DNA of 20,000 bases from an uncultured virus (IMG/VR IMGVR_UViG_3300029922_000049) (taxonomy: Duplodnaviria > Heunggongvirae > Uroviricota > Caudoviricetes), in IMG/VR virus record IMGVR_UViG_3300029922_000049; one strand, written 5' to 3'. The translations under genes and the position numbers were made by a program. The notes beneath the pieces were generated by a model. The model did no database searches. It was not told the origin of the DNA and worked only from the letters and a program-made list of their open reading frames with translations. Within the stretch, counting starts at the first letter, position 1, and each line of letters starts with the position of its first letter. Below are positions 1-8,078 of the stretch, piece after piece.

Positions 1-1
1 T

Positions 2-319
2 TTAAACTTTTTCTTCTATATCAGGTAGTTCATCTTCTTTTAATTCTTCTATATTAGGTATTTCATCTTCTTTTTTTGTTTTCCAAATAAAGTAGAATAG
101 ACTTAAAGAAGTAAGAGAAGCAGCAACAAATACCACATCGATAAAATTAATTGTTGAATGTTGAGTCTGTAATGTATAATATGCATTATCATTAGTAAAT
201 TGCTGAGCAGCTGCTGCTGAATAATCTTGTGATGCTTTACGTGAGATTAACTCATGTGATACTCCGAGAAAAATCAAAAGAATAAAAACCAATAAAGATT
301 TAAATAATTTATTTTTCAT
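2..319 (-). CDS. Small membrane protein with two hydrophobic segments and an acidic tail; probable partner of the SPFH protein
   Basis: Hydrophobic stretches LLVFILLIFLGV and FIDVVFVAASLTSLSLFYFIW; start overlaps the stop of 319..1269 (TAATG). Confidence 0.6.
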   Translation of the reverse strand: MKNKLFKSLLVFILLIFLGVSHELISRKASQDYSAAAAQQFTNDNAYYTLQTQHSTINFIDVVFVAASLTSLSLFYFIWKTKKEDEIPNIEELKEDELPDIEEKV

Positions 320-1269
320 TATCGTTTTGTTTTTGATGTGTTACTCATACTAGTTAAGCCATACAATTCAAGAAGTGAGAAATTTCCACCAGCGATTGTA
401 CTTGGCACTTGAAGTTTACCATTTTTAAGTGCATCAGCAAATGCTAATTTAATTGCAATATCTGCATCAAGATGACTCTGAGCTTCAATAGCTGCTTTTG
501 CTTGTGCAAACTTATTGGCTGAAATTACTTTATTCTGAGCAGTTTGTATATTCATTTCAGAAGAATATTTTTCATCAATAGCATCTTGAATAGCTTTATT
601 TTCATATGAGAATTGTCCAGCAGAACCAATATTCATAATTTTAATACCATATAAGGCAAAATGTGCAGATACATCTTTAGCCATTTGAGAAAATACTACA
701 CTTCGTTCATTTTGTCCTTGTGTTAACGTTCTATCTCCAAATGCTGTAGTTAAGCAAGTTTGAACATATGCTCGAACATCACTATCCATCAAATCTGATA
801 AAGATCTTCCACTATAAGAATATAAGAATAATGTAGCCCATTCTTCTGGAATTGATGCAGTTGCAGTTATACAAACTTCAAATCCGATTGATTCTCTAGA
901 CTCTACTTTAATTGCATCATTTGAAGTTTTATTCGAACCTCCACCTGCTTGATTCCATTCACGTGTAACAGGAGTTCTATTTACAATAATAACTGTATCA
1001 GAAGGCATCCAATAACCAGAATTATTACCTCTACCAGTTTTTTGCCATTGTGTAGGAATGTAAATTCGTTTTGCAACTACTTTGTTCTTTTCCAAATAAT
1101 CCTGAGATTTTAATTTAGTTTGATTAGTTTGAGTTCCATTCTCCAATGGAATAAGGTAAGCTGTTTCGTTAGGTTTAACCTCAACGATTTTCTGCTTTTG
1201 ATAAGGTTTCATACAGGATGACATTAATGATACTACAAGCACACATACTAAAATCAATTGTTTTTTCAT
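319..1269 (-). CDS. SPFH/band-7 (prohibitin-like) lipoprotein
   Basis: Lipoprotein signal ending LMSS-C; SPFH-like core (VESRESIGFEV...DVRAYVQ...FALYGIKIMNIG...AIQDAIDEK) followed by an Ala-rich coiled coil. Confidence 0.7.
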   Translation of the reverse strand: MKKQLILVCVLVVSLMSSCMKPYQKQKIVEVKPNETAYLIPLENGTQTNQTKLKSQDYLEKNKVVAKRIYIPTQWQKTGRGNNSGYWMPSDTVIIVNRTPVTREWNQAGGGSNKTSNDAIKVESRESIGFEVCITATASIPEEWATLFLYSYSGRSLSDLMDSDVRAYVQTCLTTAFGDRTLTQGQNERSVVFSQMAKDVSAHFALYGIKIMNIGSAGQFSYENKAIQDAIDEKYSSEMNIQTAQNKVISANKFAQAKAAIEAQSHLDADIAIKLAFADALKNGKLQVPSTIAGGNFSLLELYGLTSMSNTSKTKR

Positions 1270-1321
1270 ACTTTTTTGTTTTTTGTTTTTAATAATTATT
1301 ATTTATGTTTAATTGAGGATA

Positions 1322-1353
1322 CAAAGATAATACATATTATTTTATTTACCAAA
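1322..1353 (-). promoter_or_regulatory. Bacteroidota primary-sigma promoter for the SPFH operon
   Basis: Minus strand TTTG-N20-TATCTTTG matches the -33 TTTG / -7 TAnnTTTG consensus. Confidence 0.8.
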
Positions 1354-1378
1354 CATTTTTCATTATTTTTCATATAAT
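1351..1378 (+). promoter_or_regulatory. Putative phage-type promoter for the methyltransferase
   Basis: AAACAT-N16-TATAAT; similar AAAC(T/A)-N16-TAT motifs precede genes at 4703-4730, 7080-7107, 7827-7854 and 13937-13964. Confidence 0.45.
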
Positions 1379-1398
1379 AAATTAAAATAATTTATTGA

Positions 1399-2190
1399 AT
1401 GTCTAAAATAGAGAACGATAAGTATTATACCCCAATAGAAATTTCTAAATATTGTATTGATAAAACATTTGAAATACTTAATAATGATATTATTACAGAT
1501 ATTATTGAACCAAGTGCTGGTAATGGCTCTTTTTCTAATCAATTAAATTGTACTGCATATGATATTGAACCAGAATCTAAAAATATAATTAATCAAGATT
1601 ATCTACAATTAAATATACCATATAAAAAAGGTAGATTAATTATTGGTAATCCTCCTTATGGTACTAAAATGTTTTTAGCTAATAAATTTTTTAAAAAATC
1701 AATAGAACTTGGAGATTATATATCTTTTATTTTACCAATTTCTCAATTAAATAACGTTGCAAGCTTATATGAATTTGATCTTATTCATAGTGAAGATTTA
1801 GGTTTACAGTATTATACAGATAGAAATATTCATTGTGTTTTAAATATTTATAAAAGGCCAGAAAAAGGATTAAATTCTAAGCCTGATTTTAAAATGAAGG
1901 ACTTGACTATAATAAGAGAAACTTATAAAGGCTATAATGATATTGATAATTTTGATTTGAGAATGGTATATTGGGGATCAGGATGTGCAGGAAAAATATT
2001 ATCAAAAGATGATAAAAGATATGCTGGAGAATATAAAATATTTATACATAATGATAAATTGAAAAGTAGAATCATTGAAGTTTTATCGAATACAAATTGG
2101 AAAAATGAAATAAAAAATGTTGCTATGATGAGAATTAAACATTATCACATATATAATGTATTAAAAAAAGAAATTCCTGAAATTTTATAA
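1399..2190 (+). CDS. Orphan amino-DNA methyltransferase (N6-adenine, gamma-class motif order)
   Basis: Motif X YYTP, motif I IIEPSAGNGSF, motif IV GNPPY; no adjacent restriction enzyme. Confidence 0.85.
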   Translation: MSKIENDKYYTPIEISKYCIDKTFEILNNDIITDIIEPSAGNGSFSNQLNCTAYDIEPESKNIINQDYLQLNIPYKKGRLIIGNPPYGTKMFLANKFFKKSIELGDYISFILPISQLNNVASLYEFDLIHSEDLGLQYYTDRNIHCVLNIYKRPEKGLNSKPDFKMKDLTIIRETYKGYNDIDNFDLRMVYWGSGCAGKILSKDDKRYAGEYKIFIHNDKLKSRIIEVLSNTNWKNEIKNVAMMRIKHYHIYNVLKKEIPEIL

Positions 2191-2202
2191 CTTCAGGAAT
2201 TT
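2171..2202. terminator. Bidirectional hairpin terminator between convergent genes
   Basis: AAATTCCTGAA / TTCAGGAATTT 11-bp inverted repeat flanked by A and T tracts. Confidence 0.65.
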
Positions 2203-2206
2203 ATTT

Positions 2207-2605
2207 TTATTTTAAACAAATTGATTTAAAATCTTCTAGTATTTTATCCAATATTTCACTTTCATGAATCTCATCATATATTTCTCCTGTTTCAAAATTA
2301 TATGGAATTGCATACACATCAAATTCACCATCTACAATAGAGTATATACAAACAAAATCATTATTAATGTCTATTGATTCAGGAAAATCTAATGACATAA
2401 ATACTTTTTTTGCACCTTCATTAAAATATTTTTTAGCTCTATTATAACAAGATTCAACATCTCCTCCCAATGCTAATGCATTCATTTCAAATTTACCATC
2501 ACTGGTTTCTACAAATAATTGAAATGGATAATGTCCATAACATTCTTCACCGTCCATCAACTCAATTTTAACTAATTGTTCTACAAATTCTTTTACGTTT
2601 TTCAT
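2207..2605 (-). CDS. Hypothetical acidic protein
   Basis: 132-aa ORF overlapping the upstream stop; protein-like composition. Confidence 0.65.
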   Translation of the reverse strand: MKNVKEFVEQLVKIELMDGEECYGHYPFQLFVETSDGKFEMNALALGGDVESCYNRAKKYFNEGAKKVFMSLDFPESIDINNDFVCIYSIVDGEFDVYAIPYNFETGEIYDEIHESEILDKILEDFKSICLK

Positions 2606-3105
2606 ATTTTATTATTTTTTATGTTATACTCAAGTTCTTCTAATTTATTTTTTCTTAATAATATGGTAATATTTAAAATTTCATTGTTATATGTATTTGT
2701 ATATCTTGATTTTAATACTCTTAAATTATTTGATACTATTGATATTATTAATGATGTCATAAATGATAATGTATAATTAAAATTAAAATTATGCTTACTA
2801 TTAGAGTATTTACTTAAAAATATTATAATACAACTAGAATTAAGAAATAAATTTAATTTTACATTATTTTTTGGAACAAAAATACTATCAAAAAAAATTA
2901 TTGTTTTTTCATTAATATTTTTTATGAAATTATTTAATTTTTCGATATCTGATAAATATTCTGTGCCTATTATTATTCTATATCCAAATTTAATAAAATC
3001 TTTTTTGATCATTATTAAAAAAGATTTACTGATAGAATCCATAATTAACTCAATATAACTTCCTTTAGATTGTTCTATTGCATTTAATATATCTTCATAA
3101 CTCAT
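2602..3105 (-). CDS. Hypothetical protein, possibly a degenerate RecA/DnaB-fold fragment, with C-terminal RxxKLxxL motif
   Basis: IIFFDSI, IIIFLS and LRVLKSRY echo DnaB-type C-terminal motifs but there is no Walker A; tail RKNKLEEL. Confidence 0.5.
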   Translation of the reverse strand: MSYEDILNAIEQSKGSYIELIMDSISKSFLIMIKKDFIKFGYRIIIGTEYLSDIEKLNNFIKNINEKTIIFFDSIFVPKNNVKLNLFLNSSCIIIFLSKYSNSKHNFNFNYTLSFMTSLIISIVSNNLRVLKSRYTNTYNNEILNITILLRKNKLEELEYNIKNNKI

Positions 3106-3200
3106 AATAATTATTTTATAATTTTAATTTAGATTATATTTTTTGATATAAGTCAGGAGAGTTGTAAAAAATATAGAAAATTATATAAATATTTATAATT

Positions 3201-4652
3201 TTATAATTTTTCACGGAGTATTAAATAATAATCTTTTTTGTAAGGATTATTATTTAATGCTTGGATAAGCCTCTCATTATCCGTCCATACCTTACTGTCA
3301 ATAAAATCATTGATCAAAAGGGTTCTTTTCTTATTCCTGTCATTAACTGTGTAAAACAATTTTTCGCCGAAACGTTCTTCGAAATTATATAATGTTTTAC
3401 CTGCATTAACATCAGCATTTATTTTTTTACCACAGCAAAGACATTCAAATTCTTTCTGTGATTTTCTATTATTTTTGTCTATATATCCACATTTACTACA
3501 AGTCTGGCTTGAGTAAGCTGCATCAATAAATTTAATTTTAACTCCGTAATCTATTTTTAATTGATTAAGTTTACTCTTGATAATACTTAATCCAAATCTA
3601 TGGAGTAAACGATTATTCTTTTTGCCAATGTTACTACCTTTAAAATCTAAATCTTCCATGATTAAGGTTTCTGGTTTATATTTTTTATAAATTTTATTAA
3701 ATATCCGATTGATCTCGTTTTTACTGAAATCTCTAATCATATTAACTAATTTATTATATTCACTAAACTCAGATAACTTTACATACTTACCATGAATTTC
3801 TTTCAAATGATTAGTTAATATCATTAATTGATCATCTAATTTCTTTAACTTTTTCAAGTACCATTTACCGTAGGTTTCTCCATTATTTGTTGCTAACAGA
3901 ATATTTAATCCAATGTCAAACGATAATTTAACTTTACTTAATTCTGGTTTAATAATATCTAATTCTTTAGTTATCAATACACTATTGAATTTATGATCTT
4001 TGAATATTAATGTACAAGAAGTATTAAGTTTACCTTCAAATTTGTCAGCGTATTTATTATTTAGTAAAGGAATGTAATAAAATTTACCTTTGATATTTTT
4101 TTTTCCTGATGATAATTTAATTACATATTTTATATTAGAATTTAAGCCAGTTGGTGTTTCAATGACGGCAATTTTATACTGAAGTACCATGTTAATATTT
4201 TTGCATGATGGTAATTTACCAAAGAAGTTCTTGAATATCCAACGACCAAGTTTAATTGTTTCGTAATTTACCTTGTGATTTTTACCATGAATGTCTTCAT
4301 TAATGAAAAATAAATTCCTTTTATTTACTAAACATAAATCTTTCTTTATTTCGTTACTTAAGTTACTTGATAGTACAATCTTGTTGAATTTACGCTTGAA
4401 ATTACTGACTTTAGATTTAAACAATCCAACTACTTGTCTATTTATTGCATCTTTATAACGTTCAGTTAGAAATGTATAAACGTCTTTGTAGAGCGAGTTA
4501 TCAATACAAATTGAATTATATTTATAGTAATGATTCATATGTTTATTTATTAACACTTCAGCTACTCTACGCCACTCTGGATATAATTTATCCTGAATGT
4601 GTTTTGTTTTAATATCATTTGCGTTGGTGATAAATTTATAAGATTTGATCAT
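3201..4652 (-). CDS. tnpB: TnpB-family RNA-guided nuclease (IS200/IS605/IS607 superfamily), with no adjacent tnpA
   Basis: RuvC-I SFDIGLN, RuvC-II LIMEDL, Zn ribbon SQTCSKCG...FECLCCG, RuvC-III NADVNAG; all three acidic residues present. ATG at 4652 (MIKSYKF) is preferred over the TTG at 4661. Confidence 0.9.
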   Translation of the reverse strand: MIKSYKFITNANDIKTKHIQDKLYPEWRRVAEVLINKHMNHYYKYNSICIDNSLYKDVYTFLTERYKDAINRQVVGLFKSKVSNFKRKFNKIVLSSNLSNEIKKDLCLVNKRNLFFINEDIHGKNHKVNYETIKLGRWIFKNFFGKLPSCKNINMVLQYKIAVIETPTGLNSNIKYVIKLSSGKKNIKGKFYYIPLLNNKYADKFEGKLNTSCTLIFKDHKFNSVLITKELDIIKPELSKVKLSFDIGLNILLATNNGETYGKWYLKKLKKLDDQLMILTNHLKEIHGKYVKLSEFSEYNKLVNMIRDFSKNEINRIFNKIYKKYKPETLIMEDLDFKGSNIGKKNNRLLHRFGLSIIKSKLNQLKIDYGVKIKFIDAAYSSQTCSKCGYIDKNNRKSQKEFECLCCGKKINADVNAGKTLYNFEERFGEKLFYTVNDRNKKRTLLINDFIDSKVWTDNERLIQALNNNPYKKDYYLILREKL

Positions 4653-4667
4653 TAAATTCAATAATTA

Positions 4668-4699
4668 TTTGGTTTAATCAAAATATATTTGTATCTTTG
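4668..4699 (+). promoter_or_regulatory. Bacteroidota-type promoter pointing away from tnpB
   Basis: Plus strand TTTG(4668)-N20-TATCTTTG(4692-4699). Confidence 0.7.
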
Positions 4700-4702
4700 T
4701 AC

Positions 4703-4730
4703 TATATATAAATAATATAAAATAAAGTTT
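4703..4730 (-). promoter_or_regulatory. Putative phage-type promoter for tnpB
   Basis: Minus strand AAACTT-N16-TATATA; same boxes and spacing as 7080-7107. Confidence 0.5.
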
Positions 4731-4792
4731 AATATAATATTTTTCTATATTATTGATTAAAATTCTATAATATCATTGATAGATTATAAGAC

Positions 4793-5317
4793 TTATATTT
4801 TTTTAATGTTGTCTATTTTATCAAGTTTAATTTTTCTTACTGCTTTTATTGTATCACTATAAGATAGATTGTTTTTATGTTCAGACCATATTCTATTTTT
4901 AATTCTATCGTCTGAATTATCATAACAAGATTTACAAATTGTTGATATCCATCCTTTTGTAAATCCAATATTTTCAGTTGATCCACAAAATTCACAAGTA
5001 TTTGCAGACATATTTTCAGCAAATCTTACCATACCATCTATTTGTTCATCGCCTCCATTAAAATAGAAACTTAAAGTTCCAAATTTTTCTTTAACTTGAG
5101 TTGCAACAACTTGAGAGATTTTTTTATCATCAGATCTATATTCGTTATTATTATCTATATAATTTTGAATAGAATAACATAACTGATCTAATATCCAAAA
5201 CCAACCATCACCATGTTCAAATCCCCAACACATTGCAGTCTTAGTCATACCTTCATAACGATCTATGAAAATTTTTGGATATTTTTTAACTAAATAGTTA
5301 TCTAATTTTTCAGTCAT
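4793..5317 (-). CDS. Conserved phage hypothetical protein with a CxxC...CxxC Zn finger and C-terminal RxxKLxxI motif
   Basis: GDGW...QVKEKFGTLSFY...CEFCG...GWISTICKSC pattern recalled from phage proteins; tail RKIKLDKI. Confidence 0.7.
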   Translation of the reverse strand: MTEKLDNYLVKKYPKIFIDRYEGMTKTAMCWGFEHGDGWFWILDQLCYSIQNYIDNNNEYRSDDKKISQVVATQVKEKFGTLSFYFNGGDEQIDGMVRFAENMSANTCEFCGSTENIGFTKGWISTICKSCYDNSDDRIKNRIWSEHKNNLSYSDTIKAVRKIKLDKIDNIKKI

Positions 5318-5324
5318 AATAATT

Positions 5325-6074
5325 TTATTTATCTAATACATATTTATCATAATAATCATTAAATCCATCCATCATAGTGGTAATTGAATTTGAATTATCA
5401 TCTTTTAATCCAATAATAGTATCGATCAAACCATATTGTACTGCTTGATCTGAATTTAACCATTTATCTCTTTGACAAAAATTGTGGATTTCTTCAAACG
5501 GCTTTCCAGTATTTTGAGAAAGAATCTTGAATAATAAAAAATTATATTTTTCAGTCTCCATTTGACTAATACGAGTGTCATCTACTTTACCACTAGTTCC
5601 AGCAGCAACATGATGTAACATAACGGTAGCATTAATTAGTGATGAACGTTTACCTTTTTCACCAGAAGAAAGTAGAACAGACCCCATTGACGCGCACATT
5701 GCTAAATTGACTGTAGACACATCAGACTTAATCCAGTTCATTACATCAATGATACCAAGTCCTTGTATAACTGACCCGCCTGGACTTGAAATTTGCATTG
5801 TAATATCCTTTCCAGGTTCTGCATTATCCAAATATAACAATTGTGCTTGAATAATATCTGACATAACATCATCTACTTCTCCAGAGACCCATAAAATTCT
5901 ATCTAAAAGCAATCTATCAAACACAGATAATTGTGTAACATTTAATTTTCTTTCTTCTAATATCATAGGGGTTAGTCCATAATTCTTAATTTGATATTTT
6001 ATTGCATTATCTACCACTGTTGAATTCATACGTAAATGCTTAGTAGCGTAGTTTTTGAAATCGTTTTTCTGCAT
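5325..6074 (-). CDS. clpP: ATP-dependent Clp protease proteolytic subunit
   Basis: FDRLLLDRI, AQLLYL, ISSPGGSV, catalytic Ser in CASMG, His in MLHH, Asp in QRDKW, YGLID. Confidence 0.95.
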   Translation of the reverse strand: MQKNDFKNYATKHLRMNSTVVDNAIKYQIKNYGLTPMILEERKLNVTQLSVFDRLLLDRILWVSGEVDDVMSDIIQAQLLYLDNAEPGKDITMQISSPGGSVIQGLGIIDVMNWIKSDVSTVNLAMCASMGSVLLSSGEKGKRSSLINATVMLHHVAAGTSGKVDDTRISQMETEKYNFLLFKILSQNTGKPFEEIHNFCQRDKWLNSDQAVQYGLIDTIIGLKDDNSNSITTMMDGFNDYYDKYVLDK

Positions 6075-6111
6075 AATTTAATATTTTAGTTATTATTTAA
6101 TTGATTAGATA

Positions 6112-6142
6112 CAAAGATAAGGAAAGTTTTTGAATTACCAAA
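6112..6142 (-). promoter_or_regulatory. Bacteroidota-type promoter for clpP
   Basis: Minus strand TTTG-N19-TATCTTTG. Confidence 0.8.
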
Positions 6143-6161
6143 GGAAACTCAATATTTTTTA

Positions 6162-6219
6162 AATAAACCTATAATTATCAAGTAAATTGTATAATGCACT
6201 TGATAATTATAGGTTTATT
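6162..6219. terminator. Long perfect hairpin (22-bp stem, 14-nt loop)
   Basis: AATAAACCTATAATTATCAAGT (6162-6183) / ACTTGATAATTATAGGTTTATT (6198-6219), just downstream of 6235..6576. Confidence 0.7.
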
Positions 6220-6234
6220 ATAATGATTTTTTAA

Positions 6235-6576
6235 TTAGGCTTCTGTTGTTTCATCTTCAGATTCAACTTCTGTTCCTTCTTCTTCATCATTAAGTTGTGA
6301 TAGCATAACATCTTTCAATTTCTGCATTCTTTCGTCTGAGAAAAGAGATTTTACTTTTTCATCATCAATTGGATATGAAATTTCATTATCCAACACATGA
6401 TAAAGATAATCAATAGCTAAATCTTGATCAGCTTTTTCACAAAGGAAATCAATTAATGCTAATTTGTCAGTTTCACTAAGATCAAAAATTTTAATTTCTT
6501 TAACCTCATTAAGAAATTCTTTTTGATTTTCAGTTGTTGGATCAGTTAATTCTGATAATTTTTCTGTAATGTTCAT
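6235..6576 (-). CDS. Hypothetical highly acidic protein
   Basis: 113-aa ORF, D/E rich. Confidence 0.7.
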   Translation of the reverse strand: MNITEKLSELTDPTTENQKEFLNEVKEIKIFDLSETDKLALIDFLCEKADQDLAIDYLYHVLDNEISYPIDDEKVKSLFSDERMQKLKDVMLSQLNDEEEGTEVESEDETTEA

Positions 6577-6618
6577 AATTTTTTATTTATAATTTTTTAT
6601 TGTTTAATATATTTTTAA

Positions 6619-6855
6619 TTAATATCCTTCTTCTTCGTCGTCTTCTTTATATGAATTATTGATATCTTCATCATCATTAAGATCTTGTACATCAGATACT
6701 ACAGTTTCTACAATTTCTATATCATCATACACTAATGTATTATCCTGCATAATACTTTCTGAAAGTTCTTGTGCATATTGTTCTACTCTTTCATAATCAG
6801 CGTCTTCCGATTCAATTGAAAGAGTCATTTGAATTTTATATTCCTTTTTTTTCAT
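6619..6855 (-). CDS. Hypothetical highly acidic protein
   Basis: 78-aa ORF, D/E rich, co-oriented in the operon. Confidence 0.7.
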   Translation of the reverse strand: MKKKEYKIQMTLSIESEDADYERVEQYAQELSESIMQDNTLVYDDIEIVETVVSDVQDLNDDEDINNSYKEDDEEEGY

Positions 6856-6865
6856 ATTTTATTTT

Positions 6866-7063
6866 TTATTTTTTATCTTCTTTTACTTCGATTTTTAATA
6901 TTCTATGTGATGGTATAAATAAGAAATCTTTATCAAATTGTTGCCATACTCCATTATTTCCTATTCCTGTCACATTTTGCCTTAATGTGTATTCATTTTC
7001 ATACTCAGTAGGTATTGTTATTTCTGTTTCATCATCAAGATAAACTATTATATTATAATTCAT
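6866..7063 (-). CDS. Hypothetical protein
   Basis: 65-aa ORF directly downstream of a promoter-like motif. Confidence 0.65.
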   Translation of the reverse strand: MNYNIIVYLDDETEITIPTEYENEYTLRQNVTGIGNNGVWQQFDKDFLFIPSHRILKIEVKEDKK

Positions 7064-7079
7064 AAATTTAATTTTTTCT

Positions 7080-7107
7080 TATATACTAAAAGAAAAACAA
7101 TAAGTTT
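7080..7107 (-). promoter_or_regulatory. Putative phage-type promoter
   Basis: Minus strand AAACTT-N16-TATATA, 17 bp upstream of the ATG at 7063. Confidence 0.5.
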
Positions 7108-7122
7108 ATAATAAGTTTATAA

Positions 7123-7200
7123 TAAGTAGTCTTCTATCTCTGATAGCGGGGGTGCACCCTCCAAATATGTATATCTTAACCTGAATCGGCAGACTTCTTA
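7123..7200. ncRNA. Candidate small structured RNA in a GC-rich intergenic island
   Basis: Closing stem TAAG.AGTCT / AGACT.CTTA with inner hairpins CTATC-TCT-GATAG and GGGTGCACCC; GC far above the surroundings; family not recognised. Confidence 0.35.
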
Positions 7201-7503
7201 TTATAAACTAGATTTATTTTCTAAATATTTAACATATTGATATAGTATTACATTTTCTTTAATTGATTCATCTATTATTTCAAATAAAATATCAATTTCT
7301 GAATTTAGCCAATTAATTGGCTCTTCTTTCCATTCATCTGGTATAATACCAATAGGAGTAGAAGATACAAACATTTTTATTTTTTGCTTTGCATCATTAA
7401 TAACATTAATATTCTCATCAATTTTATTTCTTACATCTTCAATAGCCTCAAAAGACATTCTATTAAGATATACATTTGCTGTAAAATCTGTTCCCCAACC
7501 CAT
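7201..7503 (-). CDS. Hypothetical protein
   Basis: 100-aa ORF behind tandem promoters. Confidence 0.7.
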   Translation of the reverse strand: MGWGTDFTANVYLNRMSFEAIEDVRNKIDENINVINDAKQKIKMFVSSTPIGIIPDEWKEEPINWLNSEIDILFEIIDESIKENVILYQYVKYLENKSSL

Positions 7504-7508
7504 AATTA

Positions 7509-7622
7509 TATTTTTATATCAACAAAGATAATATATTTATTTCTAATTACCAAATTAATTGTTCAATATTTTTGTTTATTTTTATATCAACAAAGATAAT
7601 ATATTTATTTATACCTACCAAA
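7509..7622 (-). promoter_or_regulatory. Tandemly duplicated Bacteroidota-type promoter (34-bp exact direct repeat, 68-bp period)
   Basis: TATTTTTATATCAACAAAGATAATATATTTATTT at 7509-7542 and 7577-7610; each copy gives TTTG-N20-TATCTTTG on the minus strand. Confidence 0.8.
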
Positions 7623-7623
7623 T

Positions 7624-7815
7624 TTATTTCTCAAAATCTTCCTTTATTTTATATCCCCGTTTTTCCATATCACTCTTTATGAGATTTTCAATATATTTTG
7701 AACGACTTAAATCATTCTCTTTTATATAATCTTGTAAAATAACATCCAAATCTCTATTTAATGTTATGCTTATTTTAGGCTTCTTAATATCTTCTGATAA
7801 TTTGTGTCTCGACAT
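7624..7815 (-). CDS. Ribbon-helix-helix (CopG/Arc-like) DNA-binding protein
   Basis: KISITLNRDLDVILQDY...LSRSKYIENLIKSD strand-helix-helix pattern. Confidence 0.75.
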   Translation of the reverse strand: MSRHKLSEDIKKPKISITLNRDLDVILQDYIKENDLSRSKYIENLIKSDMEKRGYKIKEDFEK

Positions 7816-7917
7816 AGTTTTTATTTATAATATAAAAATATTTTAAAATAGTTTGTTAAATCACTAAAAAATCATTTTTATGACCTTAATATATTTATAT
7901 ATAGAATAAAAAATATC

Positions 7918-8076
7918 ATGGATAAAAAAGTAAATATAAGAATAACGGTAAATAAAGACTTAGATAACTTAATGCTAAAACTAATTTCAAATAAATCAAA
8001 GTATATAGAATGGCTGGTATATAATGATCTTAATGTAAAATATACAGATGATAGAATTAAAAAAATAAAATTGTAA
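7918..8076 (+). CDS. Second ribbon-helix-helix protein (52 aa; absent from the ORF track)
   Basis: Translates as MDKKVNIRITVNKDLDNLMLKLISNKSKYIEWLVYNDLNVKYTDDRIKKIKL*; paralogous to 7624..7815 (ITxNxDLD...SKYIExL) and ends 2 bp before the nuclease ATG. Confidence 0.75.
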   Translation: MDKKVNIRITVNKDLDNLMLKLISNKSKYIEWLVYNDLNVKYTDDRIKKIKL

Positions 8077-8078
8077 AT

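Noticed and set aside
1399..2190. Restriction-modification system
   Set aside because: No cognate endonuclease adjacent; orphan MTases are routine in phages.
3201..4652. Calling the nuclease Cas12f/Cas14
   Set aside because: No CRISPR array or cas genes in the window; the motifs fit TnpB.
7123..7200. tRNA or hammerhead ribozyme
   Set aside because: No GTTCRA T-loop or cloverleaf, and no CUGANGA...GAAA core on either strand.
7509..7610. 34-bp repeat with a 34-bp spacer as a mini-CRISPR array for the TnpB/Cas12f-like protein
   Set aside because: Only two copies, similarity continues beyond the repeat (TACCAAATT), and each copy is explained as a promoter.
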